This document shows, piece after piece, positions 10,915 to 21,646 of a stretch of DNA of 32,000 nucleotides. The translations under genes were made by a program, and so were the position numbers. Position 1 is the first letter of the stretch. Each line of letters opens with the position of its first letter. Source of the DNA: Pseudomonas aeruginosa (GTDB taxonomy: Bacteria > Pseudomonadota > Gammaproteobacteria > Pseudomonadales > Pseudomonadaceae). The stretch is from contig NZ_LN831024.1 of the NCBI RefSeq assembly GCF_001457615.1, positions 1,710,001 through 1,742,000 on the forward strand. Direction: 5' to 3'. The notes beneath the pieces were generated by a model. It had not been told where the DNA came from. It did no database searches and worked only from the letters and a program-made list of their open reading frames with translations.

Positions 10915-11973
10915 ATGACTCCCGATCAACGATTTGCCCGTTGGGTTCAAGTCGCTATCGCGGTATTCGTGTTGCTGTTCGTCTACTTCCTGGTCGCCGA
11001 CCTGTGGATGCCGCTCACCCCGCAGGCCCAGTTGACCCGGCCGGTGGTGCGCGTCGCGCCGCGTGTCAGCGGTCAGGTCGCCGAGGTGCTGGTGTCCAAC
11101 AACGGCCACGTGCAGCCCGGCGAAGTATTGTTCCGCCTCGATCCCGAGCCTTTCCGACTGGCCGTGCGCCAGGCCGAACTGGCACTGGAGGAAGCCGAGC
11201 GCACCAACCGCGAACTGGATGCCGCCATCGCCTCGGCCAAGGCCGACCTCCTGGCCGCGCGCAGCAGCGCCGGCGAGCTGGACAGCGAGGCGCGCCGCAC
11301 CGCCCAACTGGTGCAGCGCCACCATGTGTCGCAGCAGATGCACGAGCAGGTCAGCGCCCAGGCCCAGGCCGCCCGTGCCCGGGTCGCCGCGGCCCAGGCG
11401 CGGATCGGCGAGCTGACCGCGCGACGCGGCACGGCCGGCGAGGACAACCTGCGCCTGCGCCAGGCGCGCAATGCCCTGGCCCAGGCTCGTCTGCAACTGC
11501 AATACAGCAGCGTCCGGGCCGACCGCGCCGGGACCCTGAGCAACCTGCAACTGACCCCGGGCACCTACGTTCCGGCCGGAACGCCGGTGGCGGCGCTGGT
11601 GGACGACCGTATCGACATCGTCGCCGACTTCCGCGAGAAATCGCTGCGCTACGTGCGCCCTGGCGACCGTGCGGCGGTGGTGTTCGACGCGCGTCCCGGC
11701 GAAGTGTTCGGCGCGCGGGTGGCGGCCATCGACGCCGGGGTCAAGGAGGGCCAGTTGGACGCCAACGGCGACCTCGCCGCGCCGGTCACCTCCGACCGCT
11801 GGGTCCGCGACGCCCAGCGCCAGCGCCTGCACGTGGTGCTCGACGAACTTCCCGAAGGCCTGCTGCCCACCGGTGCCAAGGCCACCGTGCAGCTCTATCC
11901 CGGCGACGGCCTGAGCCATCTGCTCGGTCGCGCGCAGATCGTCGCCATCAGCCTGCTGCACTACGTCTACTGA
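10915..11973 (+). CDS. HlyD/EmrA-family membrane-fusion (secretion/efflux periplasmic adaptor) protein
   Basis: MTPDQRFARWVQVAIAVFVLLFVYFLVADLWMPLTPQAQLTRPVVRVAPRVSGQVAEVLVSNNGHVQPGEVLFRLDPEPFRLAV...; N-terminal TM, biotinyl-lipoyl-like domain, coiled coil. Confidence 0.88.
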   Translation: MTPDQRFARWVQVAIAVFVLLFVYFLVADLWMPLTPQAQLTRPVVRVAPRVSGQVAEVLVSNNGHVQPGEVLFRLDPEPFRLAVRQAELALEEAERTNRELDAAIASAKADLLAARSSAGELDSEARRTAQLVQRHHVSQQMHEQVSAQAQAARARVAAAQARIGELTARRGTAGEDNLRLRQARNALAQARLQLQYSSVRADRAGTLSNLQLTPGTYVPAGTPVAALVDDRIDIVADFREKSLRYVRPGDRAAVVFDARPGEVFGARVAAIDAGVKEGQLDANGDLAAPVTSDRWVRDAQRQRLHVVLDELPEGLLPTGAKATVQLYPGDGLSHLLGRAQIVAISLLHYVY

Positions 11974-11977
11974 CGCC

Positions 11978-13006
11978 ATGCCGGCCAAGCTCGCGATGTC
12001 CGCCAACGACCTGCGTCAGTGCCTGCGCATCGCCGGCGGCGGCACCCTGGGGTTCTTCGTCTGCAAGCTGATGAACTGGGACTACGGCTCGTTCTTCGGC
12101 GTCTACCCGATGCTGCTGCTCGGCCTGACGCCGGTGATCAACCTGCACATCGTCCGCCAGTTCCTCGCCAACTCCGTGGTGATCAGCGTCGAGGTACTGG
12201 TGCTGTACGGGTTGTTCGGCGACCGGCCGCTGCTGATGACGCCTATCGTCTTCGGCCTCTTCGTCTACCGCTTCGCCCTGATGGCGCGCGGCCCGCTGTT
12301 CTTCTTCGGCGCACTGAGTTCGGTGTTCCTCTCGATGCTGCTGCACTTTGCCAGCTATCCGGACGTCGATCTGTTCGACATGCTCGCCAGCAACATGGTT
12401 GCCACCTGGCTGACGGTGGCCATCGCCGTGCTGATGTTCTACCTGTTCCCCGACGTCGAACCGCGGCCGCCGCGCCAGGCGCCGGCCAAGGACGCCCCCA
12501 GCCGGCGCCACGAGACGCTGCTCGGGGCCACGGTGGCGACCCTGTCCTTCGTGGTCTTCCAGACCTTCGACCTGAAGGACTCGCTGTCGGCGCAGATCGC
12601 CTCGATCCTGGTGTTGTTTCCCATGCACTGGAAGGGCGTGCACTTCGCTGGGCGCATCCGCGCCCTCGGTACGCTGCTTGGCTGTGCGCTGGCGGTGGGC
12701 TTGCAGGTGCTGCTCTACGATCACTACGACATCCTGCCCTTCGTCGCCCTGTTGCTGTGGATCTCGGCGATGTTCTGCGCGCGCATCCACATGCTGGAGA
12801 ACGGCGTACCGGGGATCGGTTTCGGCGCGCTGACCACCCTGGCGATCGTCCTCGGCCAGTACCTGACGCCAACCCACGACATGATGTACAGCGTGCTCTA
12901 CCGATTTACCTCGGTGTGCTTCGCGGTGCTGATCACGCTGATGACGGTGCTGGTGATCCACCTGTTCCTCAACCGCTTCGCCGCCACCCGGCACTACAGC
13001 CACTGA
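11978..13006 (+). CDS. DUF2955/FUSC-like inner membrane protein, putative partner of the HlyD-like protein
   Basis: 342-aa with two blocks of TM segments separated by a soluble linker (FPDVEPRPPRQAPAKDAPSRRHETLL). It starts 4 nt after the HlyD-like stop. Confidence 0.75.
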   Translation: MPAKLAMSANDLRQCLRIAGGGTLGFFVCKLMNWDYGSFFGVYPMLLLGLTPVINLHIVRQFLANSVVISVEVLVLYGLFGDRPLLMTPIVFGLFVYRFALMARGPLFFFGALSSVFLSMLLHFASYPDVDLFDMLASNMVATWLTVAIAVLMFYLFPDVEPRPPRQAPAKDAPSRRHETLLGATVATLSFVVFQTFDLKDSLSAQIASILVLFPMHWKGVHFAGRIRALGTLLGCALAVGLQVLLYDHYDILPFVALLLWISAMFCARIHMLENGVPGIGFGALTTLAIVLGQYLTPTHDMMYSVLYRFTSVCFAVLITLMTVLVIHLFLNRFAATRHYSH

Positions 13007-13010
13007 GGCC

Positions 13011-13889
13011 TCAGGCGCGCCGGCCCGGCCAGTTGACCAGCGCGACGCCGAGCATCACCAGCAGCATGCCGCCGATCGCCGCCGGCGCCAGGCGCTCGTC
13101 GAACAGCAGCCAGGAGGCCAGCGCGGTCACTGGCGGCACCAGGTAGAACAGGCTCGCCACCTTCGATGCGGCGCCATGCCGGATCAGCGTGTAGAGCAGG
13201 CCGACGGCGCCGAACGAGAGTCCCAGCACCAGCCAGCCGAGGGTCAGCACGAACGGCGTGCTCCACTGCACCTCGCGGCTTTCGAAAAGCAGCGCGGCGA
13301 GGCCGAGCAGGGCGCCGCTGGCCAGGTACTGGACGACGCCGCCGGTGCGCAGGTCCATGCCGCCGCAGAAGCGCTTCTGGTACAGCGTGCCGCAGGTGAT
13401 CGCCGCCAGCGCCACCAGCACCGCGGCCCAGGCCAGGCCGTCGGCGCCACCGTGGATGCGGCCGAGCACCACCAGGGCTACGCCAGCCAGGCCGAGCGCC
13501 AGTCCCAGCCATTGCCGGCGGCTGACCCGCTCGCCGAGCCAGATGCCGGCCAGGGCCGCGGTAGCCAGCGGTTGCAGGCCGACCAACAGGGAGGTCAGGC
13601 CGGCCGACATGCCGTGCTCGATGGCGAGGAACACCCCGCCCAGGTACAGGCCATGGACCAGCAGGCCGGCGACCGCGACATGCCCGGCCAGCCGTGCCGA
13701 GCCCGGCCAGGGCGCACGGCTGAGCAGGGCGAAGGCGGCCAGCAGGGCGGCCGCGAGGAGCAGGCGGATGGCCAGGAAGGTGAAGGGCTCGGCGTACGGC
13801 AGGCCGAACTTGGCGCCGAGGAATCCAGTGCTCCAGAGCAGCACGAAGAGCAGCGGCATGCCGCTGCCGAGCCAGGCGGGTGTGCGCAT
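13011..13889 (-). CDS. EamA/DMT-superfamily transporter
   Basis: 292-aa, ten TM-like segments, WSTGFLGAKFGLPYAEPFTFLAIRLLLA and the duplicated EamA pattern. Confidence 0.88.
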   Translation of the reverse strand: MRTPAWLGSGMPLLFVLLWSTGFLGAKFGLPYAEPFTFLAIRLLLAAALLAAFALLSRAPWPGSARLAGHVAVAGLLVHGLYLGGVFLAIEHGMSAGLTSLLVGLQPLATAALAGIWLGERVSRRQWLGLALGLAGVALVVLGRIHGGADGLAWAAVLVALAAITCGTLYQKRFCGGMDLRTGGVVQYLASGALLGLAALLFESREVQWSTPFVLTLGWLVLGLSFGAVGLLYTLIRHGAASKVASLFYLVPPVTALASWLLFDERLAPAAIGGMLLVMLGVALVNWPGRRA

Positions 13890-13945
13890 GCAAGGTCCTC
13901 GTCGGGAGGTGGCGGGACGGTCGTGGCGCCCCGCGCGTGTCGGTG

Positions 13946-15292
13946 TCAGTCCAGCAGCGAGCGGCCTCGCTCCAGGTAGGCGCGCATTTCCGCCTCGGGC
14001 ACCATGCCGCCGCCGGTGGCCCAGACCAGGTGGGTAGCATTGGCCAGGCGCGCCGAGGTCAGCCCCATGCGTTCGCGATAGCCCTGCGGCTCACGGGTGA
14101 CCCGGGCGATGCCCGGCGCGCCGGCCAGGGCCGAGGGTTCCAGGCGGATGCCCTGGCTGCGCTCGAGCAAGGCGAGCAGGCGGAACAACTCGTCGTCGTC
14201 CACCGTGTAGTAGCCGTCGAGCAGGCGCTGCATGGCGCGGCCGACGAAGCCCGACGGACGCCCCACCGCCAGGCCATCGGCGGCGGTGCGGTTGTCGATG
14301 CCGAAGTCCTGCACCGAAACCTGCTCGTGGCGGCCGGTATAGACGCCGAGGAACATGCAGGGCGAATGGGTCGGCTCGGCGAACAGGCAGTGCACCGCGT
14401 CGCCGAACGCCAGCTTGAGGCCGAAGGCCACCCCGCCGGGACCGCCGCCGACCCCGCAGGGCAGATGGACGAACAGCGGGTGCTCGCTGTCGACGCGGAT
14501 GCCGGCGGCGTCCAACTGGCCGCGCAGTCGCTCGGCGGCGACGGCGTAGCCGAGGAACAGGTCGCGGGAGTTTTCGTCGTCGACGAAATGGGTGTAGGGA
14601 TCGCCGGCCGCTTCGCGGCGGCCCTGTTCCACCGCGACACTGTAGTCGGAGGCGTACTCCACCACCGTCACGCCGTGGGCGCGCAGCTTGTCCTTCTTCC
14701 ACTGGCGGGCGTCGGCGGACATGTGCACGCTGGCCTGGAAGCCCAGCGCGGCGCCGATGATGCCGATGGAAAGGCCCAGGTTGCCGGTGGAGCCCACCGC
14801 TATCCGGTGGCGGGCGAAGAATGCCCGGCAATCCGCCTCGGCCAGCCGCGAGTAGTCGTCGTCGAGGCCGACCAGGCCGTGCTCCAGGGCCAGGCGCTCG
14901 GCATGGGCGAGCACTTCATAGATGCCGCCGCGGGCCTTGATCGAGCCGGAGATCGGCAGGTGGCTATCGCGTTTCAGCCAGAGCCGGCCGGGCAGTTCGG
15001 CGGCGTAATGCTGGCGCAGGGCATCGTGGAAGGTGGCGACCTCGACCAGGTCGGACTCGATGATGCCGCCGCTGGCGGCGGTTTCCGGAAACAGCCGGGC
15101 GATCAGCGGGGCGAAGCGCTGCAGGCGGGCGCTGGCGTCGGCCACGTCGGCGGCGCCGAGGCCGACGTCGGCCAGGGCTTCGGCGCTCGGCGCGATGGCC
15201 GGGTTGAACCACTCGCTCGGGCGCAGGGCGATGAGGTCGGCCAGGCGCGGGAATTCGGCGAGCCAGTCGGCCTTGGATGTTCCGAGAATCAA
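13946..15292 (-). CDS. dsdA: D-serine dehydratase (probable TTG start)
   Basis: Protein from [31 protein letters not shown]... with [26 protein letters not shown] (PLP lysine) and [15 protein letters not shown]. The 448-aa length matches DsdA; the ORF-track start at 15688 is over-extended. Confidence 0.93.
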   Translation of the reverse strand: MILGTSKADWLAEFPRLADLIALRPSEWFNPAIAPSAEALADVGLGAADVADASARLQRFAPLIARLFPETAASGGIIESDLVEVATFHDALRQHYAAELPGRLWLKRDSHLPISGSIKARGGIYEVLAHAERLALEHGLVGLDDDYSRLAEADCRAFFARHRIAVGSTGNLGLSIGIIGAALGFQASVHMSADARQWKKDKLRAHGVTVVEYASDYSVAVEQGRREAAGDPYTHFVDDENSRDLFLGYAVAAERLRGQLDAAGIRVDSEHPLFVHLPCGVGGGPGGVAFGLKLAFGDAVHCLFAEPTHSPCMFLGVYTGRHEQVSVQDFGIDNRTAADGLAVGRPSGFVGRAMQRLLDGYYTVDDDELFRLLALLERSQGIRLEPSALAGAPGIARVTREPQGYRERMGLTSARLANATHLVWATGGGMVPEAEMRAYLERGRSLLD

Positions 15293-15515
15293 CGGCAGTA
15301 CTCCTGTGGCGGGTAGGGCGGCGAAGGCACAGAGGATATACGCCTGGCCGGCGTTTTTCCTCGTACCCGGCAGGCAAGGCAGAACGCCTCTGCGGCGAAA
15401 GGCTTTGCACACGCGAGAATGTGCCGCATGCTTGATATCTTGAACAAGCGATGCGTATTTTGTACGCGGCCGCCGCCCGGTGCGGCATCCGCGATACCAA
15501 CAAGGATAAGAAGTC

Positions 15516-16859
15516 ATGACTATCGAAGGCCAAGGCTCACTCGCCGAACGGCTGGCTGGAGTTGAAGAAATCGAATGCGTCACCCCCGACCTCAACGGGG
15601 TGCCGCGCGGCAAGGTGATGACCGGCGAGGGCTTCCTCAGCGGCCGGCGCCTGCAGCTCGCCCGTGGCGTGCTGCTGCAATGCATCATGGGCGGCTACCC
15701 GCCGGCGCGCTTCTATGGCAGCGACGATGGCGACCTGGCGCTGGTCGCCGAGCCGACCCAGGTCCATCGCCTGCCCTGGAGCAACACTCCGCGCGCCTTC
15801 GCCATCTGCGATGCGCAGGAACTGGATGGCACGCCGTCCGGGCTGTCCACCCGCGGCCTGCTCAAGCAGGTGGTGGCGCGCTACGCCGCCCACGGCTGGC
15901 AACCGGTGGTGGCCACCGAACTGGAGTTCTTCGTCTTCGCCCCGAACACCGATCCCAACGAGCCGTTCCAGGCCCCGCTGGGGCCGGATGGCCGGCGCGA
16001 GCTGGGCTATTCGGCCTTCAGCGTGTCTTCCAACAACGGCCTGCGGCCGTTCTTCGAGGACGTCTACCGCTGCATGGATGCGCTGGGCCTGGTGCGCGAC
16101 ACCTTCATGCACGAGATGGGCACCAGCCAGTTCGAGATCAACTTCCTGCATGGCGACCCGGTCCTGCTGGCCGACCAGACCTTCCTGTTCAAGCACCTGC
16201 TCAAGGAGGTCGCGCTCAAGCACGGCCTGATCGTGGTGTGCATGGCCAAGCCGCTGGCGAAGACGCCGGGCAGCTCGATGCACATCCACCAGAGCATCGT
16301 CGAACTGGACGGCGGGCGAAACATCTTCAGCGAAGCCGATGGCGAGCCTTCCGCCGCGTTCCGCCACTTCATCGGCGGCCAGCAGGCCTGCCTGGCGGAC
16401 TTCACGCCCTTCTTCGCGCCGCATGTGAACTCCTTCCAGCGCCTCTGCCATCCCTACGCTTCGCCGAACAACGCCTGCTGGTCCCACGACAACCGCGCCG
16501 CCGGCCTACGCATCCCGGCCAGCGGAGCCTCCGCGCGGCGCGTCGAGAATCGCCTGCCGGGCGCCGACGCCAACCCTTACCTGGCCATCGCCGCCAGCCT
16601 GGCCGCCGGTCTCTACGGCCTGGAGCACGAACTGGAGCCGAGCCCGGCGATCCAGGGTGAGTTCGAGGTACCGGAGGAGTTGACCCTGCCTTGCACCATG
16701 TACGACGCCCTGCGGCGCCTGAAAGGCAGCGCGCTGGCGCGCGAACTGTTCGGCAGCGAGTTCGTCGAAGGCTACGTGGCGACCAAGAGCATGGAGCTGA
16801 CCAGCTTCTTCGACGAGATCAGCCCCTGGGAGCGTCGCGTCCTGGCAGCCCAGGCCTGA
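15516..16859 (+). CDS. pauA5: glutamine-synthetase-family protein, probable gamma-glutamylpolyamine synthetase
   Basis: 447-aa with GS catalytic signatures [17 protein letters not shown] and [24 protein letters not shown]. The gene symbol rests on remembered P. aeruginosa synteny. Confidence 0.8.
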   Translation: MTIEGQGSLAERLAGVEEIECVTPDLNGVPRGKVMTGEGFLSGRRLQLARGVLLQCIMGGYPPARFYGSDDGDLALVAEPTQVHRLPWSNTPRAFAICDAQELDGTPSGLSTRGLLKQVVARYAAHGWQPVVATELEFFVFAPNTDPNEPFQAPLGPDGRRELGYSAFSVSSNNGLRPFFEDVYRCMDALGLVRDTFMHEMGTSQFEINFLHGDPVLLADQTFLFKHLLKEVALKHGLIVVCMAKPLAKTPGSSMHIHQSIVELDGGRNIFSEADGEPSAAFRHFIGGQQACLADFTPFFAPHVNSFQRLCHPYASPNNACWSHDNRAAGLRIPASGASARRVENRLPGADANPYLAIAASLAAGLYGLEHELEPSPAIQGEFEVPEELTLPCTMYDALRRLKGSALARELFGSEFVEGYVATKSMELTSFFDEISPWERRVLAAQA

Positions 16860-17042
16860 TCCACCGTGGTACTTTCCTAGCCCTGTGTCACCCCCTGCCG
16901 CCTCGCGGCGGCAGGGTCGTGGTGTCGGGTGCCGGCTTCGGCATCCCGCGTCCTGTCCCGGGGCCTCCCCGGGACTCCAACGCTGTGCGAGCCGGGCAGT
17001 CCGCGAGCGGCGCCGGCTCCCTTGTACGGGACCGGAGGTCCG

Positions 17043-18347
17043 ATGCGGCGGATTTTCTTCTCTTTTCGCGCTCTCTATTTCGCTACCCTGCTGATGCTCA
17101 CCGGCTCCGGCCTGCTCAGCACCTACCTGGCGCTGCGCCTGGCGGCGGACAAGGTCGACGGCCTGTGGGTCGGCGCGCTGATGGCAGCCAACTACTTCGG
17201 CCTGGTGCTGGGCGGCAAGGTCGGTCACCGGCTGATCGCCCGGGTCGGCCACATCCGCGCCTACGTCGCCTGCGCCGGGGTGGTCACCGCCGCGGTCCTC
17301 GGCCATGGCCTGCTGCCCTGGCTGCCGGCCTGGATCGCCTTGCGCATGGTGATGGGCCTGGGCCTGATGTGCCAGTACATGGTGATCGAGAGCTGGCTCA
17401 ACGAGCAGGCCGATGCCAGCCAGCGCGGCGCGGTGTTCGGCGGCTACATGGCGGCTTCCTACCTGGGCCTGGTGCTCGGCCAGATGATCCTGGTGGCGCA
17501 TCCGCAACTGGGGCCGGAGTTGCTGATGCTGGTGGCCTTCTGCTTCGCCCTGTGCCTGGTGCCGCTGGCCCTGACCCACAAGATCCACCCCGCAGCGCTG
17601 CGCCCGGCGCCGCTCGAACCACGTTTCTTCATCCGCCGGGTGCCGCAGTCGCTGACCACCGTATTGGTCTCGGGGCTGGTGGTCGGCTCCTTCTATGGCC
17701 TGGCGCCGCTGTATGCCAACCAGTTGGGGTTGCCCAACGAGCAGGTCGGCCTGTACATGGGCGCCTGCATCTTCGCCGGGCTGCTGGTGCAGTGGCCGCT
17801 CGGCTGGCTGTCCGACCGTCGCGACCGCGCCTGGCTGATCCGCGCCTGCGCCATCCTGCTGTGCCTGTTCGCCTTGCCGCTGGCATTGTTGCAACAGATG
17901 CCGCTGGCGTTGCTGCTGGCCCTGGGAATCGCCGCGAGCATGTTGCAGTTCACCCTCTATCCGCTGGCAGTGGCCTTTTCCAACGACCATGTGGAGACCG
18001 AGCGACGGGTTTCGCTGACCGCCATGCTGCTGGTGACCTTCGGCGTCGGCGCCTGCATCGGACCGCTGGCGGCCGGCGCGCTGATGCGGCTGTTTGGCGC
18101 TAACATGCTATATGCGTTCGTCAGCGCCTGCGCGCTGATCCTGGTCTGGCGGGTCCATCCGGAGAAGGTCAGCGGCCTGCACCGGGTCGACGACGCGCCG
18201 CTGCACCACGTGCCGACCCCGGACAACATGACCAGCTCCCCGCTGGTCGCGGCGCTCGATCCGCGGGTAGACGAACAGGCGGTGCAGGAGCAGATGGTCG
18301 ATGGCGAGCCCGACGCGCCGCAGGCCGACGGTGCGACGCAGAACTGA
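17043..18347 (+). CDS. major facilitator superfamily transporter (YcaD/CynX-like)
   Basis: 12-TM-like protein MRRIFFSFRALYFATLLMLTGSGLLSTYLALRLAADKVDGLWVGALMAANYFGLVLGGKVGHRLIARVGH... Confidence 0.9.
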   Translation: MRRIFFSFRALYFATLLMLTGSGLLSTYLALRLAADKVDGLWVGALMAANYFGLVLGGKVGHRLIARVGHIRAYVACAGVVTAAVLGHGLLPWLPAWIALRMVMGLGLMCQYMVIESWLNEQADASQRGAVFGGYMAASYLGLVLGQMILVAHPQLGPELLMLVAFCFALCLVPLALTHKIHPAALRPAPLEPRFFIRRVPQSLTTVLVSGLVVGSFYGLAPLYANQLGLPNEQVGLYMGACIFAGLLVQWPLGWLSDRRDRAWLIRACAILLCLFALPLALLQQMPLALLLALGIAASMLQFTLYPLAVAFSNDHVETERRVSLTAMLLVTFGVGACIGPLAAGALMRLFGANMLYAFVSACALILVWRVHPEKVSGLHRVDDAPLHHVPTPDNMTSSPLVAALDPRVDEQAVQEQMVDGEPDAPQADGATQN

Positions 18348-18388
18348 ACTCCGCTCGCCGCGGGAGCCGATAGGCAGGAGAGGTTGCG

Positions 18389-19000
18389 ATGAGTCCGACG
18401 CTTTCCCTTCACCTGATGGTGCGCAACCTGCCGCCCGGGCAGCGGCGGCCGAAGATCGCCCAGGCCATCGGCGAGGAGAGCGCGGGACGCTTGCAGCGGG
18501 TATTGCTGGAACGCGCCCTGCGCCTGCCCGATCGCGGTTTCAGCGCCCGCATCCTCTGGTTCGACGACGATCTGGACAGCGATCTGCAGGCGCTGGCGGT
18601 GGCATTGGGCTGGAGCCTGATGAGCCAGCCGGCCGGCGACCCCGGCGAGCGCATGCGGCGTATCGCGGCGCTGGGGTTGGCGGAAAGCGAGGCGGTACTG
18701 CTGATTCGCCACGACTGCCCGGTGCTGGACGGCGACTACCTGGAAGCGGCCTGCACCGCCCTGGGCCGCCACCAGGCGGTGCTGGGGCCGGTGGAGCGGG
18801 GCGGCTACGCGCTGCTCGGCCTGACCCGGGTCGACCCGCTGTTGTTCGAGTCGATGCCCTGGGGCGGAGACCGCCTGCTGGCGCTCACCTGCGAGCGTCT
18901 CCGGCAACTGGGCTGGGAGCATCACCTGTTGCCGGCGCTCTGGGACGTCGACCGTCCCGAGGACCTGCCGCGCCTGGCGGCGCTGGGGCTGGTCCTGTGA
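18389..19000 (+). CDS. DUF2064 / glycosyltransferase-A-like conserved protein
   Basis: 203-aa MSPTLSLHLMVRNLPPGQRRPKIAQAIG...LLIRHDCPVLDGDYLEAACTALGRHQAVLGPVERGGYALLGL, matching the DUF2064 pattern. Confidence 0.75.
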   Translation: MSPTLSLHLMVRNLPPGQRRPKIAQAIGEESAGRLQRVLLERALRLPDRGFSARILWFDDDLDSDLQALAVALGWSLMSQPAGDPGERMRRIAALGLAESEAVLLIRHDCPVLDGDYLEAACTALGRHQAVLGPVERGGYALLGLTRVDPLLFESMPWGGDRLLALTCERLRQLGWEHHLLPALWDVDRPEDLPRLAALGLVL

Positions 19001-19003
19001 AAC

Positions 19004-19753
19004 TCAGAACAGTTCGTCTTTCTCGAAGCGCCGCGCTTCGCGCTGTAACTGGTAGACGAAGCGATCCACCTGACGCTGGGCGAGGCCGCTCATCTCGCTG
19101 AAGCGGACGCCGGCGAAGGTCGCGTCGAGCTTTTCGTCGAAGCGCACGTGACGCAGTTCGATCGCGCTACTGATCGCGCCCTGTGGCAGCTGGGCGCTGA
19201 AGTCTTCGTAGATCTCGCCGGGATGCAGGCGTTCGGCGACATTGCCGGCGAAGCGCAGCTTGGCGCCGGTGGCGGAGATATCCAGCAGTTGTCCGCTCAG
19301 CGGCGCGCGGAGTTTCTCCCCGGCGATTTCCGCGGCGATCGGCTGGCTCTGCTTGATGCTGGCGCGGTAGGCGTTGCGGCGCTGGTGGTAGAGCACTTCG
19401 GCGGGAAGGGCGGCCCAGTAGCAGGGAACGCCGTCGTGTTCGCCGAACTGCACCGGGCGCTCGCATTCCCAGGCGATACGCACGCCTTCGTGGAAGGCTT
19501 CGACGCGAAACGCCTCGCCATTCTGCAGGAAACGTTCGCCGGTGTTGGGGATGAGTTCGTCCAGCGCGACCATCCCGCGGTCGCGGTCGATGTCCACCAG
19601 GAAGCTCTGGAAGCGCTGGTTGCGATCGGCAAAGGTGATCAGCAGGGAGTCGCGGCTATCCTGCAGCAGGCGCAGGTTGGCCTGGATTTCCACGGGGGCC
19701 TTGAGCACCTTCGGGGGTTGCGGCCCCGCTTCTTCGACGAACGGGTTGGGCAC
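19004..19753 (-). CDS. flgZ: YcgR/FlgZ-type flagellar brake protein with C-terminal PilZ domain
   Basis: NAYRASIKQSQPIAAEI...LSGQLLDISATGAKLRFAGN is a PilZ (RxxxR...DxSxxG) signature. A GTG start at 19753 is preceded by GGAGAGC; the ORF-track start at 19795 is the alternative. Confidence 0.87.
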   Translation of the reverse strand: MPNPFVEEAGPQPPKVLKAPVEIQANLRLLQDSRDSLLITFADRNQRFQSFLVDIDRDRGMVALDELIPNTGERFLQNGEAFRVEAFHEGVRIAWECERPVQFGEHDGVPCYWAALPAEVLYHQRRNAYRASIKQSQPIAAEIAGEKLRAPLSGQLLDISATGAKLRFAGNVAERLHPGEIYEDFSAQLPQGAISSAIELRHVRFDEKLDATFAGVRFSEMSGLAQRQVDRFVYQLQREARRFEKDELF

Positions 19754-19823
19754 CTTCAATGCTCTCCTGGGGCACGAATGCCTCAATGATAGCACTGTGC
19801 CTTGATACGTGTGCTGGTCGGGT

Positions 19824-20294
19824 TCAGGCCTGGCTGAGCGGGCGTTGCCGGCTGCTCGAGGCGGTGCCGCCGCGGCTGTCGTACAGGCTCGGGGCGTCCT
19901 GGCCGCGGAGGATGTTCAGCAGGCTGCCGGTGGAAGCCTGGTTGGCGCGGATGATCCGCCCGTTGCGCAGGTTGGCCTGCTGGCAACGCTCCAGCAGTTC
20001 GCCCAGTTCGTCGCCGCGCGCCAGCAGCTCGGCGCCATCCGCACGCTCGCGGGCGTAGCGGGCAAGGCCTTCGCGGTCGAGGGAAACGCCGGCTTCGCGG
20101 AGGATTTCCGCGCGGGCCCGGCCATTTCGCTCCAGTTGCTGCATCAGTGGCTGCTTGGCCCCGAGAAGCTGTTGCAGGACCGGCAGCTCGCGCCGTTCCA
20201 GGGCCTGGAATTCTTCGTCGACCAACTGCAGGAGTTGGCTGGCGTGGCCGATATCCTCGGCGAACAGATCGAGCAGGGTAGGGGAGTCAGGCAT
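19824..20294 (-). CDS. flgN: flagellar chaperone FlgN
   Basis: 156-aa helical protein MPDSPTLLDLFAEDIGHASQLLQLVDEEFQALERRELPVLQQLLGAKQPLMQQLERN..., adjacent to flgM. Confidence 0.9.
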   Translation of the reverse strand: MPDSPTLLDLFAEDIGHASQLLQLVDEEFQALERRELPVLQQLLGAKQPLMQQLERNGRARAEILREAGVSLDREGLARYARERADGAELLARGDELGELLERCQQANLRNGRIIRANQASTGSLLNILRGQDAPSLYDSRGGTASSSRQRPLSQA

Positions 20295-20348
20295 CTCGGG
20301 CTCGGGAGTTCATTCGGCGTCCAATGTCCTCCAGCGCGTCCTTCGAGG

Positions 20349-20765
<417 letters not shown>

Positions 20766-20816
20766 TTAGAGAAACCCGCCGGGGTAGCGCCAGCGCTACC
20801 GGCCACGGCTTTCCCT

Positions 20817-21587
20817 CTACATATTCACCTCGACCGTGCCGGGTTCTATCACGCGGGCCTTGATTATCCGCTGCGAGCGCAGGTTGCGCACGCGGATCTG
20901 CTGGCCCGGGGCGCCATCGGACAGCGCCTCGCCGGGCATCTTGACGTTGATGGTGGCGGTGCGTGCGAGGATCACCACCTGGTCGCCCTTGCGCACGGCC
21001 TCGGCCTGCTCGAGGAAGACCGGCGCCAGCACCTGGTCGTTGACCACCGGTCGGCGCAGCTTCTGCCCGACGACGCGGGCCGGATCGGTCAGGTAGCCCT
21101 GGGTCAGCAGGCCGACGTCGCGCTCGACCAGGGCGATGTCGGCATCCTCCAGCACGTGCGCGCGCTTGAGTGGCTGCACCGCGACCACTACCTGGCGGAA
21201 CAGTTTCACCTGCGCCGGCATGAAGATGGTCCAGGGCGCACTGCCTTCGCAACTGATGCGCACGGTGACCCTGCCGATCGGTTGTGCCGGACTTTCCTGG
21301 CTGAGCGTCAAGTCCCTGTCGCATTCGGCCAGGCGCAAGCGCGGGTCGACGCGATTGACCTGAATCTGGTAGCGCCCGTCGAGTCCGCTATTCTGCAGAT
21401 ATTCTTCTACCTTGAATTCAAGAAACCCCTGGGTGGAGCCGATAAGTACCTCGGGAGCGGTAAAACCCTGGGCCTGGCTGTTGTTAGCCGCGCACAGGTA
21501 GCCGAGCCCGAGCAAAACGGGTAAAAACCGTAGAGAAGTATGGCTACATGCCATTATTCGTCGAAAAACTGTCGTTGCCTGTTTCAT
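20817..21587 (-). CDS. flgA: flagellar basal-body P-ring chaperone FlgA
   Basis: SAF-type C-terminal domain RPVVNDQVLAPVFLEQAEAVRKGDQVVILARTATINVKMPGEALSDGAPGQQIRVRNLRSQRIIKARVIEPGTVEVNM. The exact start is uncertain (MKQATTV... at 21587 or MACSHTS... at 21554). Confidence 0.92.
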   Translation of the reverse strand: MKQATTVFRRIMACSHTSLRFLPVLLGLGYLCAANNSQAQGFTAPEVLIGSTQGFLEFKVEEYLQNSGLDGRYQIQVNRVDPRLRLAECDRDLTLSQESPAQPIGRVTVRISCEGSAPWTIFMPAQVKLFRQVVVAVQPLKRAHVLEDADIALVERDVGLLTQGYLTDPARVVGQKLRRPVVNDQVLAPVFLEQAEAVRKGDQVVILARTATINVKMPGEALSDGAPGQQIRVRNLRSQRIIKARVIEPGTVEVNM

Positions 21588-21646
21588 GCAACGGGTTAAG
21601 CAATGGTCGTGCCGGAGTCCGGCACGACCGTCTGAGGGGAGCGCCA

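Noticed and set aside
11948-13003. 351-aa minus ORF antisense to the DUF2955-like gene, and 12019..13146 + in the alternative frame
   Set aside because: Low-complexity shadow frames; the 11978..13006 frame has coherent TM architecture.
16506-17990. 494-aa minus ORF antisense to the GS-like and MFS genes
   Set aside because: Gln/His/Gly-rich composition (HHQPRDQYGGQRLRHPADEE...) typical of antisense shadow ORFs in GC-rich DNA.
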